Virus record (IMG/VR): IMGVR_UViG_3300010149_000010
Length of the DNA: 64,000 nt
Strand: one strand, 5' to 3'
DNA from: a virus
Shown here: one piece after another, positions 19,549-30,767 of the stretch
Numbering within the stretch: the first letter of the stretch is position 1
How the letters are laid out: each line of letters starts with the position of its first letter
Notes under the pieces: generated by a model
Told to the model about the DNA's origin: nothing
Database searches by the model: none
What the model saw: the letters and a program-made list of their open reading frames with translations, nothing else
Position numbers and translations under genes: made by a program

Positions 19549-22320
19549 TTACCCTGTGATCTCTAGCCAAACCTTATTTTTAAATATTCTTTCTTTAACT
19601 TTATACCACGTATTCGCTTTAAACTGGTTGCTAGAAAAGGCCCCAGCTGCATATTCATTCCGTATATTTTCACTGTAAGCCATTGGTCCTCCCGAATAAT
19701 TCGGGTCATATGCTTTTATCCCCTCATTGAATCCGACTTTACTTCGTCCCCCAACCTGTATCCACGCAGATTCATAAGAATCACTTTCCCCGGCTATAAA
19801 GTTCAACATAGGTGCGGTACTTGTTTCATCTAGTATTCTTCCATTTAAAGTAACCTTGTTTACCTCTGTTATACCACCTGAGATGAAAAGAGCATCCTCA
19901 CCTGGGCTGATGCATGGGTTGTTTGATATGTATTCGTTCCCATCTAATTTTCCAGAGTACTCAAATCTAATTATGAATCTTGGAAAATAATCTTTGTTTA
20001 AACTTGCTGCATTGTATGCCCGAGGTAAATTCACTCTAAAATAGAAATTATTTTCTATCTCTTCGTTAGAATTCTTGTGAAACATTTCATAAGTTTTGCC
20101 CCTATTTAATTCTAGCAGGCTATACTTACTGTCGTAAATGTCTACAACACCACCTCCACTAATATACTCTGGCCCCCCTGCCTCAGGTAAATGAATTGCT
20201 GGCACCGTTCCGTTAGGTATGAATTGCCCTGACCCATCATCTTTTAAACTCTCTAATGATGTAAATAAATCAATCTCATAAGAGTTATTCATGCTTCTTA
20301 GATCAGAAAGTATTAAAAAGTCACGGATATGTTCCGGTACTGGAAACCCTCCAATTGCCCTGGATTCCCTATAAACGTCAGTCATAAATACGTTGCCACC
20401 AATAATGTGCGTGTGGGCTGTGTTGTTTGATAAGTAGTATGAGTTCCAGCTCCATTTATTACTAGTAGCACCTTCCTCGCTTTCATCAAGTAAGTATATT
20501 TTTTCACCCCAAAGTGCCTCACTGTTTTGCATGACATTAAATATCGATCCAGTAATTAAATTACCGTTAACATCCAGTTTTAATGAGTCAGTATAAAGTG
20601 GATCTATTTGTAGGGTTGCTCGAACATTACTAATTTTACTTACTTTAGTACCTTTTTTGTTTAAGTGTCTTTTGTTATTTAAATCTGAGGGATGATAATC
20701 ACCTAAAATGTCACTAGGTGTAAACTCTTCAAAGACGAAACCTTCGTTGACTGTAACACTTTTTTCAACAGCATTTACGTTTAAATATTCTTTGCTATTT
20801 AAATCTGTTATTTTTACGTTTTTGTCTGATTCCAATACGATACTATCGTTATTGTTTCTCAATACAAGCGCTTGGTCTAAAAGTCCTACTGTTTCAACTA
20901 ATAGGCTGTATGATGCTTTTAAATGCATCTGTTCGCTACTATGAATAGATATGCCTCCTGTGTCGTTTACTATCCACAGCCCTGAATTTAAACGCCCCAT
21001 ATATGTACTTAATCCACCGAACAATATTTTATGAGAAGTTCCAAGATCATCCATTATGCTTTCTGAGGTATTAAGTGGATTAAAATTTTCTAAACCTAAA
21101 GCCAAATTACCACGCATAGCATTGTCGCCATTATTCTCATTACTATCTGCAGAATAACCGTCTCTATGCAAGTACATGGGCATTTGGTTCCAATCGTTAG
21201 ATGATGGCCCATACGCTCCACTAGGCGGAGCACCTTCATACTTACCTACTAAACTCTTAAAGCTTATTGGACTTTCACCAAAGCGCCCATCATGAGAGTG
21301 TTTGAACCACTTCAAGCGTAAATCATCTAACGTATTAGTTATATTGGCTCCAGTAAGTATCACGCAATACTTTGTGTCAGAATAGCTACCTGATTCTTCT
21401 TCACATAAATCTATGTTGCTTACTATAAGCTCTTTAGATGACTCATATTCATAAACAGCATCTTTGTAAACTTCTTTAGTCTCTCTATTTTTTAAATACA
21501 AGAAGTTCCCAGGAACAACTCTGTTCTCTTCTATCACATTTCCGTTACTGTCTAATATTGAGTCAACTAACCATTTTGGTAATTCATAATAACGATTGTT
21601 GTTAAACTCAGCCTCAGTATTTATTAAACTGCTTTCCAGTAAAGACAAACCAGATTGTTGCGCAGTAATTTTAGGAAACGTGATTTTATATTTCCTATCA
21701 GATATCAACTCAATCGTTACCCCTAAGTTTTGGTTAGGGTCTGGGATAACATTGAAACCTGCATCTTGATAATCAACTCCACCATAATATTGACTTGGAT
21801 CAGTAGTGTAACTCGCTGTCACGCCCCCTGTAAGTGCAGAAGCAAACAAAACTTCTCTCCTTGATATAAGCTTGTATTGATCGCTTGAAGTGAAAGCCTC
21901 TTCTTCAGCAACTGGAGAAAAACCCGGAATTATAAATACTCCAGTTGCAGGATACAACAATTTGAAATGCAAAGAGCCATCAACAATGAACTCTTGGATT
22001 AGCTCATTCTCAAGACTTTTAGTCAGGTGCATCCTTGCATTTAAATTAGAAGCAGGACCAATCAACCTCGCCAAAGATACTATATCCAGGGGCCTACTAA
22101 CATTTCCTCCATCATAAGCATTCCATGATGGCCCTAACCCTTTGCCTTCACCAATGTATGGAAACCCGTCATCATTAATGTCACCTATCGCAGTTGCAAG
22201 CTCTCTCATACCTCTAGAGAAATATTTATTAACAGCGTTGAACTTATCCGCTGAAGGCCTTTCTCCCATATAGAATGTTACTAAATTAGAGATGTTTGTG
22301 TAAAAAATATCGTTACTCAT
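19549..22320 (-). CDS. Tail fibre / receptor-binding-like protein
   Basis: N-terminal GERPSADKFN, HSHDG motif, Gly-rich beta region; ATG at 22320 preferred over TTG at 22332. Confidence 0.55.
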   Translation of the reverse strand: MSNDIFYTNISNLVTFYMGERPSADKFNAVNKYFSRGMRELATAIGDINDDGFPYIGEGKGLGPSWNAYDGGNVSRPLDIVSLARLIGPASNLNARMHLTKSLENELIQEFIVDGSLHFKLLYPATGVFIIPGFSPVAEEEAFTSSDQYKLISRREVLFASALTGGVTASYTTDPSQYYGGVDYQDAGFNVIPDPNQNLGVTIELISDRKYKITFPKITAQQSGLSLLESSLINTEAEFNNNRYYELPKWLVDSILDSNGNVIEENRVVPGNFLYLKNRETKEVYKDAVYEYESSKELIVSNIDLCEEESGSYSDTKYCVILTGANITNTLDDLRLKWFKHSHDGRFGESPISFKSLVGKYEGAPPSGAYGPSSNDWNQMPMYLHRDGYSADSNENNGDNAMRGNLALGLENFNPLNTSESIMDDLGTSHKILFGGLSTYMGRLNSGLWIVNDTGGISIHSSEQMHLKASYSLLVETVGLLDQALVLRNNNDSIVLESDKNVKITDLNSKEYLNVNAVEKSVTVNEGFVFEEFTPSDILGDYHPSDLNNKRHLNKKGTKVSKISNVRATLQIDPLYTDSLKLDVNGNLITGSIFNVMQNSEALWGEKIYLLDESEEGATSNKWSWNSYYLSNNTAHTHIIGGNVFMTDVYRESRAIGGFPVPEHIRDFLILSDLRSMNNSYEIDLFTSLESLKDDGSGQFIPNGTVPAIHLPEAGGPEYISGGGVVDIYDSKYSLLELNRGKTYEMFHKNSNEEIENNFYFRVNLPRAYNAASLNKDYFPRFIIRFEYSGKLDGNEYISNNPCISPGEDALFISGGITEVNKVTLNGRILDETSTAPMLNFIAGESDSYESAWIQVGGRSKVGFNEGIKAYDPNYSGGPMAYSENIRNEYAAGAFSSNQFKANTWYKVKERIFKNKVWLEITG

Positions 22321-22328
22321 TGCGGTTC

Positions 22329-24824
22329 TCAATCATTAATAATGTGCAGGTTAAGCTGGCCAACATGTTGGTCTGGATTTATAGCTATAAAATTAGCTCC
22401 TCCAAGCCCTCCGCTAGTTTCTGAATCTTCAGTTTTAAATCTGAACCCAGTATCAGATTTTAAATAATTAGGAAAATCTACTTTTATCTTTATCTCATTA
22501 GACCTTATTTCATATCCACTCGCAGGATCAACGCACCTTGCGTGCAACCTTATATTTTTCGGTCCCATGACTTTATACATCGCAATAAGATTATCTCTGT
22601 CTTCCATGCTACTTTCTGGAAGGTGCACTCCGTCAAAATAAAGCCTATTCCCTACAATCCTGTTCGGCTTTACTTTCTTGTACAAATTTGTAGACTCGTC
22701 TATTTGATAAAGTATTTTTAATAAACTTCTATCTAATTTTTCTTTAGTTGTTAGGCTGCTAGTTTCTCCCAACCCACTCCAATCTAGCTCTGCCCTCTTG
22801 TAAATAATAATAGATTTAAGAGATAAATTAGACATCACTCTTTCTTGCCCTCTTTTTGAGGTAGCGATAATTAATTTATTTTTATCTATTACTTTCTCTA
22901 TCCTTATGGGCCCAATAGTATGATTTGTGTATTCGAATTCAACTAAACACATACCAGTGTTCCATTCAAGTCCATCACAAATTTCTAAATCTCGTTTTAA
23001 GTATTTAGCAATATCGGTTCTTCTGTCTAACTGAGATCTTTCGTACTCCATGTAGTCATCTCCAATAGGATCTTCTAGTTCTACCAGAAACTCATTTCCA
23101 AAAGCGTTTATTTTTTTACTAGATCTAACCTTAATCTTTCTTCCTAAGCTACCCCTAAATGGATCTGTTTTATACACTTGAAAAATAGCTATATCGCTGA
23201 CTGAAGATCCCGTCCCTAAATTACTAAATTCTAAATAACTATTCTCCCCTTCCAAATAGACATTACTGTATTCACTCAAAGCATCGTTCGAATAAGGATA
23301 GAAGTAAGCGGTTTTTGCTTCTCCTGATTTGTTCGTTATTTTCTGAATCCCTATTGTTGCATCTAGGTCTCCTTCAAAGCTACCTTCTTCGCCATAAAAA
23401 GTTACATCAACTTCACTTACAGCTTTTTCTTTTTTATTTAAAGCAGTTGCAGTCAACATGGACATGTCACCTTGTAAAAACAAAGGCCCATACAAATTTC
23501 TGCCTATTAATGTTTTGTCACTAACTAGCTCTAATCTTGCTACATGTTTTTCTTGCGGACTTAACTCTATCAAACCATTGGAGTCTATTTTTTCATAAGG
23601 CTTAATATTCATACCTGTATGGAAGGTTTTATTAGCCGCGCACTCAAAGTCTACTCTTGGTCTGGCTGTATACTTTATATATATTTGCTCCATGTTTTCT
23701 AAACGTTTACCTCCGGGAATTTCTTTTATAGAAATTCCAAAACCTGCGCTAGCTATTCTTTCACTATCTAAATAAAAACAAAATTTTCCTTTGCTAAAGT
23801 ATTTTGTTTCTACACCATCTATCAGCAACGTCCCTCTTTCAGGAGCTCCTTCTAGAGCTTCGTTACATTCGATCTTGTAACCCGAATCTAACTTCGTTGA
23901 GTATAAAACAGGGCTCCTATTGTTAAAGATCACTTTTCCCGTTTCTTTATCAACAATGTAATGCCGATCTTCTTCAGTTGAGTTTTCAAAATTTAAAACT
24001 TCAACCCAATCTTTGATCGTGTCATTCTTTATTGTTTTTAATCCAACGTCAACTATAGGATAATATTGCGTATAGCAAATTCCTCTATTTACGTTGCCCA
24101 AACCTAAATGCTCATATTTGCATTGCAACTCTTCAATTGAGCTCGCGTCTTCAGACCCTACTTTTATCTCTTTAATCTTATTAAATCGTATAGTTTCGTT
24201 TTCTGTTAAACTGTAACTATACTCGCTGCTGTAAGTGGGGTCGTATGTATATTTGAAAGCAGGAATGTTAGCAAAATTCGTATCACGCATATAAAGGCAT
24301 ATGCTAATTGTAGAGCTTAAACACTTGTTTTTTATTTGATATGAATAGATCTTTGTGTCTTCGTTGTAATTTTCTGCATCCAAGATCTCGCAAGTGCTGC
24401 TATTTGAGTATAATCTTTTTTCAAAATTATATATAGAGTACACCCCGGTATTATATTCTGGTCGCCAAATCTTTCTTTTCGTTTCACCTTGCAAGCTTTT
24501 GATTTCTTTAAGTTCAATTCCTGAAAGGACCGAACCAAACCAATCGCTTTCAATTGATCCCTCTTCAAGGTTAAAGCTGTGACCACCTAGTTTGTGCTCT
24601 ATTCTTTTTTTAATATCTTTAAAATCTTGAGGTTTTGTTTTGTTCCACTTCCAGCCTGCTACGCCGCTCTGTGTACCAGTCAATGGATAGTTTAACTTAT
24701 TTAAAGTGATTTCGTTAACCACCCCAATGTTTATTACTTCACAACCCTCAGTAAGGTCAACTTCGTTAGAGCCAAGCCCTCTTGTCATAAAGTTGACACC
24801 AAGTCTATTTAATATCAAAGACAT
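22329..24824 (-). CDS. Baseplate-associated structural protein with Big_1/invasin-like Ig domain
   Basis: YIVDKETGKVIF; LTATALNK...VDVTF...TNKSGEAKTAY. Confidence 0.6.
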   Translation of the reverse strand: MSLILNRLGVNFMTRGLGSNEVDLTEGCEVINIGVVNEITLNKLNYPLTGTQSGVAGWKWNKTKPQDFKDIKKRIEHKLGGHSFNLEEGSIESDWFGSVLSGIELKEIKSLQGETKRKIWRPEYNTGVYSIYNFEKRLYSNSSTCEILDAENYNEDTKIYSYQIKNKCLSSTISICLYMRDTNFANIPAFKYTYDPTYSSEYSYSLTENETIRFNKIKEIKVGSEDASSIEELQCKYEHLGLGNVNRGICYTQYYPIVDVGLKTIKNDTIKDWVEVLNFENSTEEDRHYIVDKETGKVIFNNRSPVLYSTKLDSGYKIECNEALEGAPERGTLLIDGVETKYFSKGKFCFYLDSERIASAGFGISIKEIPGGKRLENMEQIYIKYTARPRVDFECAANKTFHTGMNIKPYEKIDSNGLIELSPQEKHVARLELVSDKTLIGRNLYGPLFLQGDMSMLTATALNKKEKAVSEVDVTFYGEEGSFEGDLDATIGIQKITNKSGEAKTAYFYPYSNDALSEYSNVYLEGENSYLEFSNLGTGSSVSDIAIFQVYKTDPFRGSLGRKIKVRSSKKINAFGNEFLVELEDPIGDDYMEYERSQLDRRTDIAKYLKRDLEICDGLEWNTGMCLVEFEYTNHTIGPIRIEKVIDKNKLIIATSKRGQERVMSNLSLKSIIIYKRAELDWSGLGETSSLTTKEKLDRSLLKILYQIDESTNLYKKVKPNRIVGNRLYFDGVHLPESSMEDRDNLIAMYKVMGPKNIRLHARCVDPASGYEIRSNEIKIKVDFPNYLKSDTGFRFKTEDSETSGGLGGANFIAINPDQHVGQLNLHIIND

Positions 24825-24834
24825 TATTCTTACC

Positions 24835-25329
24835 TTAGTATGGAGATATGTTTTTAGCTACGCGATAGAATGGGTTCCTTGTAGTTCCTACTTCCCCACT
24901 GGAATCAAAAAGCTCCCACCGACCAATCTCTTCGCCAGTTACAGCGTGCTTAATTACGAGTTCATTCGAAGACGAGTCTATTTCCCAAGTTCCTTGTTCT
25001 ATATCAACAAGTCTTTTTATTGCGCTAGATAAATAATCAGAACGCTCTAAACGCATTGTAATGAACTTTTCGTTTGCAGAAGGAAGCCCGGTATCTATTT
25101 TAATTAAAAAAGCCTTAGGTGATATTGTTTGTTCCCATGTGAAACTAAACTTATAAAACCCCGCTTGCAATTCAACTACTGCTGGCAGTGCTTCGCTTCC
25201 ACTTAGGTCTTCCCCTGTTTCAATATTTATAAAATTTACAATGCTTGGCGACAAGCTTTCAACTGCCTCGTTATTGCTTTCTACGTAGAAAGAATACAAC
25301 ACCGTAGCGCTATCATTTATCGAACTCAT
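24835..25329 (-). CDS. Hypothetical virion protein
   Basis: 164 aa, with a beta-rich ELQAGFYKFSFTW segment. Confidence 0.6.
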   Translation of the reverse strand: MSSINDSATVLYSFYVESNNEAVESLSPSIVNFINIETGEDLSGSEALPAVVELQAGFYKFSFTWEQTISPKAFLIKIDTGLPSANEKFITMRLERSDYLSSAIKRLVDIEQGTWEIDSSSNELVIKHAVTGEEIGRWELFDSSGEVGTTRNPFYRVAKNISPY

Positions 25330-25330
25330 A

Positions 25331-28222
25331 TTACTTCCCCCAGTACGTATTTTGTTTACTTAAAATTTGGTTAATAATAACAGATCCTTCTTGAGATAGT
25401 AACTTCTCTGTAGGTTTTTCTATACCCTCTGTTATTTCCCCGTAGATTTCGTTGTCATAGAGGCTATCTTTTATTAAGTCTTCAAAGTCTAAATCTATTA
25501 CTGGGCAACTTTTTATAGGTAGCCATTTTATAATAAACGGAAAGTTTTCGTAATTGTAAGTTACTGACTCTTCTCCAAGCTTGTATTTGTGGAGAACTCC
25601 ATCGTTTAAAGAGTAATTGTAAGGATTCACTATCTGTTCTTCCGGAACATTATTTGTGAACTCGCCGTTATAATCCATTATAGATTTTACATATTTGTCT
25701 GATATCTTTTTCGATTGACTGTTAACGTTCAAACGCAACTTCTGCCTGTTGCTACTGCAAGGCATCACGTTCTCTGTTTTTTTATACCACCAAGACTCGC
25801 CTTCTTCTAAGATCTCTACGTTTAAAAAATCAAAGCTTACAAGGATTTCATATAAATCTTTCAAAAACTTTAAATTTTCAAATCGATTTGTATAAAAAAG
25901 CTCCTCGCCCTTGTATACTCTCAGTCTATTGCTTGTAATATCAATTCTTACGCTATCTTCTTTGTTTACTTTTGTTATTTTAAATATATCTAAATCACGC
26001 AACGAAGTTATATAGCCTAAGCTTTTGTAAAAAGATTCTTTTTCTTTTCTCAATGTGCCATTGACTACATTTACTAATCGATGCCGGTAATGATTTAACC
26101 TTTCGTTAAGTTCTCTGCTGACTCCATAAATAAAACCCACTTCGTCTATCCAAGTGCTGTTTCTTATTTTCTTCAAACTTTCACTTTGCACAGAAGGCGT
26201 TCTGGTTGCTTTTACACTTAAGTTCCCGTTGATTGTAATATTTACTTCTTCGTAATCTTCTACGACCACTGCGCTTCCTGTTTCGTAATCGTAAAAAATA
26301 TAATCATAAAAGCGCTTAACATCAAAAATATAATGATTGTCTTCATAATTCACTGATAAGTAAAGACTGTTTTCTGTGTTTTCGAACCAGATGGCTAGTT
26401 CGTAATCTTCCAGGCTAATAAAATCAGTTGCCTCTACTAAGGGTATATTAATATCATCATGCAGGATTACGCCTTCAGCGTCATCTTCTATTATTACAAT
26501 CCCTTCTATCTCTCTTACTTTATTAAGTATAGATTCCTTGTCTAGCTCTAAGAAAAGCAACGGCCTAATTTCTTCACACATGGTTGAATAACTATTTATA
26601 GTTATGCTCCCACTGAAGTCTTTACTAGTTCTATAGCTCTCCACAAGGGCCTTGAAACTGCTTTCTTCAGTAGCCCCTGTTCTAACTTTATTGAGGTACT
26701 CTCTGGTTATTGAGAAATCTTTAAAGCAAAAAACATAGTAATCATATTGACCTGCCTCTTCATGATTACATTCAAATTGAATACTATTAAATTCTTCGTA
26801 AATATCATCTGAGTATTTACCTTCAAAGTAATCAAAAGAATCGCTCCAAGTTAAATCTTGCTGCAAAAACTCAAAGTTAAAATCTGAGTCCTCTTCATAA
26901 GAGAGCCTTCTGTCTGGTGTATGTCTACCTACAAACAAAAATTGGATTCCTCCTTTTGCTCTCTCTAAATACAGGTTCATCTTTACAGTCTCATTTAAGA
27001 AAACTCTTTGGTTTTCAACCTCAAAAGACAAGTCCATCTCTTTGGTTCTTTTGATCGCTTTTGAGTTGAAACCGTCTCTGACAGGACCGTACTCTCTTAA
27101 GATAAAGTCTTTGCTTATAGTCACTATTTTATTTCTTGTAGTGTCTAAAGCAAATGAATCGATTTTAATAGGCGACAAATTTTCATCGACAAAAACTCTT
27201 TTGCTTACTGTCTCTTCAAAAAAACCATCTTCTATTTTTGCAGTAGTATCTTTATAGTCTGAACCAAGAACATAAGATCTAAAATCATAATTTAAAAAAG
27301 ATATTAATTCATTTTTGTTTTCTTCATGAGTCAAACTGTATTTACAATTGTTTTCGATTAAGGTATCGTACCCTAATTCGTTTGAAATCTTTACAATTGT
27401 AGAATTATCATTGATGATAAAATCACTTTCTACAGGTGCGCTATAAATTTTTATATTCCCAGTGATTCCGTAAATTTCTATACTTCCCCCACCTCTATGA
27501 TCCCCTTCTTCAAGTGTGGGCTCCAAAGTTTTAAACCAAGTTTTACTTGTATAGATCCCATCATCAAGTATTTCAATCGTCTCCTCTACAAGCTTCCTTG
27601 TTTCATCCTGGCCCCTTAGGGTTATAGAGTAGTGCTCATTAAAATTCACAGCATCTTTAAACGATCTATAATTTTTTGATTCATCAATTTTTATATGAAT
27701 TTTTTTATATCTATTTTTAAAATCAAAGCTATCTGAAATAACAGTAGTATTATTTTTATTTTCAAAGCTTTTAATAAAATAAAGATGCGAATCTGTTTCT
27801 TTTAAAGCAGTTTCGTCTTCTACAATTGAAACAAGTTTTACGTTTTCACTTCTTTCAAAATCAACTTCTGCTCTAGTGGCTTCTGCCATTACCATATCTC
27901 TATAAGAGAATTTAGGCTCAAGATAGAACTCTTCATCACCCTCTATGGCGCTTGCTGCAAAGGTTTCAAAGGTCCGATTCTCTCTTATGTAGTTTTTGTA
28001 CTTATCATTTAACTGAGTGAATCTAAAAAAATGTCCTAATTCTGGAGTTGGATTTCCCTCAAGACTAAAACTAGCTTTAATCGTTTGTAAAAAAGATACC
28101 CTCTCTTCTTCTAAGCCTTGACCTATAGAGTCAAAAAGCATCGCTCCATTAGAAGATTCGTTTCGTCTAACTTCCGACCAGAGAGGGAATCTATTCCGTA
28201 GATTTCTTCCTATGTAACTCAT
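25331..28222 (-). CDS. Baseplate wedge-like protein
   Basis: Directly follows the baseplate J gene. N-terminal RFPLWSEVR; IDEVGFIYGVSRELNERLNHYRHRL resembles a J/I-family helical motif. Confidence 0.55.
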   Translation of the reverse strand: MSYIGRNLRNRFPLWSEVRRNESSNGAMLFDSIGQGLEEERVSFLQTIKASFSLEGNPTPELGHFFRFTQLNDKYKNYIRENRTFETFAASAIEGDEEFYLEPKFSYRDMVMAEATRAEVDFERSENVKLVSIVEDETALKETDSHLYFIKSFENKNNTTVISDSFDFKNRYKKIHIKIDESKNYRSFKDAVNFNEHYSITLRGQDETRKLVEETIEILDDGIYTSKTWFKTLEPTLEEGDHRGGGSIEIYGITGNIKIYSAPVESDFIINDNSTIVKISNELGYDTLIENNCKYSLTHEENKNELISFLNYDFRSYVLGSDYKDTTAKIEDGFFEETVSKRVFVDENLSPIKIDSFALDTTRNKIVTISKDFILREYGPVRDGFNSKAIKRTKEMDLSFEVENQRVFLNETVKMNLYLERAKGGIQFLFVGRHTPDRRLSYEEDSDFNFEFLQQDLTWSDSFDYFEGKYSDDIYEEFNSIQFECNHEEAGQYDYYVFCFKDFSITREYLNKVRTGATEESSFKALVESYRTSKDFSGSITINSYSTMCEEIRPLLFLELDKESILNKVREIEGIVIIEDDAEGVILHDDINIPLVEATDFISLEDYELAIWFENTENSLYLSVNYEDNHYIFDVKRFYDYIFYDYETGSAVVVEDYEEVNITINGNLSVKATRTPSVQSESLKKIRNSTWIDEVGFIYGVSRELNERLNHYRHRLVNVVNGTLRKEKESFYKSLGYITSLRDLDIFKITKVNKEDSVRIDITSNRLRVYKGEELFYTNRFENLKFLKDLYEILVSFDFLNVEILEEGESWWYKKTENVMPCSSNRQKLRLNVNSQSKKISDKYVKSIMDYNGEFTNNVPEEQIVNPYNYSLNDGVLHKYKLGEESVTYNYENFPFIIKWLPIKSCPVIDLDFEDLIKDSLYDNEIYGEITEGIEKPTEKLLSQEGSVIINQILSKQNTYWGK

Positions 28223-29463
28223 ATATCACCCTCTTCTAGATATACGTTTACTACTCCAAAAGCTATCTTTTCATCTTCTTCTAAAGTGATTCTTTCTGAA
28301 ATGACCTCCTCTTTATACTCTGGCAAAGAATTGAATCTATCACTTTTTCTTTGATAGACTTTTTCAAAAACGCTGCCTCCAGTGCTACTTCCAATACCTA
28401 AAATACTTTCAGAAGAAATACTACTTCTAATCATATTGCTGATTCGATAAAGATCTATTATGCCAGTAGTTTCTGCTGACTCTATTAAGGAATAAACAAA
28501 ACTTTTTACATTGTTTACAATCTCGTCTTTTTCTAAAAGGTTCAGTTTCGACTTTATATAAATCCTTATATCAAAATCTACATAAACCGTTATACCGCCA
28601 ATCACAGAAATACTGGTTCCTGGACTAGCAACTTCTAAAACTCTATTCTCTACAAGGTTGATTAACGATTGACTACTTTCCCTTCCACTTCCAAAGACTA
28701 CAAAGCCTAAAGATCCAATGCCAAAATAATTTTGTAGCAATCTTACTTCTGTAACTCCAGGCACCGTAACTGCTTGTAGCGTTATCAGATCTTCATTAAA
28801 GTTTAAGCTTGCTGTTAAAAAATTGTTTAACCTCGATTTAAAAAGCTGATCAAGCTCTTTATCGCTTCCGTTTAGTATTGCAAACCTATTAGAAACTTTT
28901 AATAAATTTTCTTCAAATCTCGAGTAATTTTTAAAGTTGTGGAACCGTAAACTGTCTTTATCTACGTTTTGGTCATACCCTGTGTCTAAACTTCTTACAC
29001 TGCAATAATACTCACTGCTTTCTGAATCAAGAACGTAGTCATATAAAACTTCATAGCTTAAATTTTCACCGAAACCGTTTTCTTTTACACTTATTAAAGT
29101 CCCAGCCGGAAGAACAATATTTTCTCCACCGTTAATATCCCCAAAGGTTCCTTTTGTGACGTAAAAGTAAACGTTGCCTTCTTCGCTTAAAGCGCTGGCA
29201 TAGCTTGCTGGCCTTCTTAAAAGATTATATTTGTCTGCCGCAATGCTATCTAACATTTCACCTGACGCGTTTGACATTTGTGTTGACGAGAATTTGTTAT
29301 TAATCTCTCTTCTCAAGAGATTTAATTCGTCTCCGACACTTTCTGAAAAGTTACTGAAAGTAGAATCGCTATTGGTTGAAATATTACCAAATCTAGTTTG
29401 CATGTTATTGAATAAATTATTCTTTATTCTTCTCTCGTCTATAGTAAAAACTGGTCTTGCCAT
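28219..29463 (-). CDS. Baseplate J-like wedge protein
   Basis: ASGEMLDSIA..YNLLRRPA, LPAGTLIS, GSDKELDQLFKSRL, VPGVTEV. Alternative GTG start at 29472. Confidence 0.88.
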   Translation of the reverse strand: MARPVFTIDERRIKNNLFNNMQTRFGNISTNSDSTFSNFSESVGDELNLLRREINNKFSSTQMSNASGEMLDSIAADKYNLLRRPASYASALSEEGNVYFYVTKGTFGDINGGENIVLPAGTLISVKENGFGENLSYEVLYDYVLDSESSEYYCSVRSLDTGYDQNVDKDSLRFHNFKNYSRFEENLLKVSNRFAILNGSDKELDQLFKSRLNNFLTASLNFNEDLITLQAVTVPGVTEVRLLQNYFGIGSLGFVVFGSGRESSQSLINLVENRVLEVASPGTSISVIGGITVYVDFDIRIYIKSKLNLLEKDEIVNNVKSFVYSLIESAETTGIIDLYRISNMIRSSISSESILGIGSSTGGSVFEKVYQRKSDRFNSLPEYKEEVISERITLEEDEKIAFGVVNVYLEEGDI

Positions 29464-29464
29464 T

Positions 29465-29911
29465 TTAGCCACTCATTTCTTTGATGTACCTCGGTGTGCA
29501 TCTGTTGTCTCTGGTGTTATATGAAAAGCCTAGGTTATACACATTGTAAAAATCGTTATCATTAACAAAGACTGATACATTGAACATCAAAATATTGCTA
29601 TTAAAAGGGTCGCTTTGTATTTTTAGCTTATCTGGATCTATATATCCATCTGAAGTTAATGCACTATAAATAAAGTTCCTTGCTTCTTCTACAACTGCTT
29701 CGTTTGCAGGCGACCCTAAAAGGTAATTTAAATTAGCCCCTACAGCGCCATCCAAGTTCCAGTCTTCTTCAGAGGACTGAACTCTTTTCAAGATCGTTTG
29801 TGTTAAAGTTTCGTACTCGCTTTCATAAGCTTTCTGAAAGTCTTTTTGATCTCTATCAAATATGATTTCTCCATCTTCTGTAAACAGCAAGTCAAATTTA
29901 CTATTGTACAT
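29465..29911 (-). CDS. gp25-like baseplate / sheath-initiator protein
   Basis: ATG at 29911 after GGAGG; QTILKRVQS..DW....GANL..LLG; lies immediately upstream of baseplate J. Confidence 0.75.
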   Translation of the reverse strand: MYNSKFDLLFTEDGEIIFDRDQKDFQKAYESEYETLTQTILKRVQSSEEDWNLDGAVGANLNYLLGSPANEAVVEEARNFIYSALTSDGYIDPDKLKIQSDPFNSNILMFNVSVFVNDNDFYNVYNLGFSYNTRDNRCTPRYIKEMSG

Positions 29912-30258
29912 TATTTCATCCCTCCTAAAACAACTCCAAAAGCTGCAACACAAACACCTACTTCAAATGCCGCTCCAATGGGTAGGGTAAACTTTTTTCT
30001 AGGGGTTTGATTTAAAAAAGGCACATTTGGTAACCAGTCAAAAGGTGGTGCGCTTTGCTCGTACAGTGGTCCTTGAATATTGTAAGTGTTCAAGTATAAA
30101 CTACCGCCAGGTCCAGGCTGAATATTTATCCCATCCCTGCCTACCTCCAAACATACTAGTTTGTTTCGATTAGCGAATATTGCTGCGCTTTCTAAAGAGA
30201 GGTGTAGCCCTGCAACACAGGCATCATTAAACTGGCTTTTAATAATCTTTGTGCTCAT
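29911..30258 (-). CDS. Hypothetical baseplate/spike-associated protein
   Basis: 115 aa, between the hub and gp25-like genes. Confidence 0.55.
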   Translation of the reverse strand: MSTKIIKSQFNDACVAGLHLSLESAAIFANRNKLVCLEVGRDGINIQPGPGGSLYLNTYNIQGPLYEQSAPPFDWLPNVPFLNQTPRKKFTLPIGAAFEVGVCVAAFGVVLGGMK

Positions 30259-30767
30259 ATTCTATTCCACCGTCTTCCTTTGCCCACTCCAGGCTCTAAA
30301 AAAGATTTCATTTGAGACTCCCAGTCATTTACTGTCATTCCTGAAATTCCAGATAAAGATATGTAGGAAGATTCATTTTGAATCAAAATGTCGTCTTCTC
30401 TTTCCCAGCGCACAGTTGCATTTTCGATTGCTTCGGCTGTATTTTGAAAAGCATGCAAGGTAATCCTTCTACCTTTTATATTGTCGTCTTCGCCATAAAT
30501 CTTTAACTCTTCTATTGTGTTTTTCCAGACTACACTTCTAAACTCTTTGTTGATGTGATCGAATACTATTAAGTGTATACCATTAGGGTAAAAGCCTTGA
30601 GTAGGCTCACCTTTCTCTACTACTAGTTTTATAAATTTAGTAGTAGGATTATGCGCCCCGCATACATCAACAATGGTTCCTGTTATAACAACTCCAACAT
30701 TAACGTTTTGTATTGCCGTATAGTCGTTGCTTTGCCTTTCGGCAGAAATTACACTTCGTCTAGACAT
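30255..30767 (-). CDS. Hypothetical protein, possible spike OB-fold-like
   Basis: Immediately downstream of the hub gene; N-terminal ITGTIVDV beta motif. Confidence 0.45.
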   Translation of the reverse strand: MSRRSVISAERQSNDYTAIQNVNVGVVITGTIVDVCGAHNPTTKFIKLVVEKGEPTQGFYPNGIHLIVFDHINKEFRSVVWKNTIEELKIYGEDDNIKGRRITLHAFQNTAEAIENATVRWEREDDILIQNESSYISLSGISGMTVNDWESQMKSFLEPGVGKGRRWNRI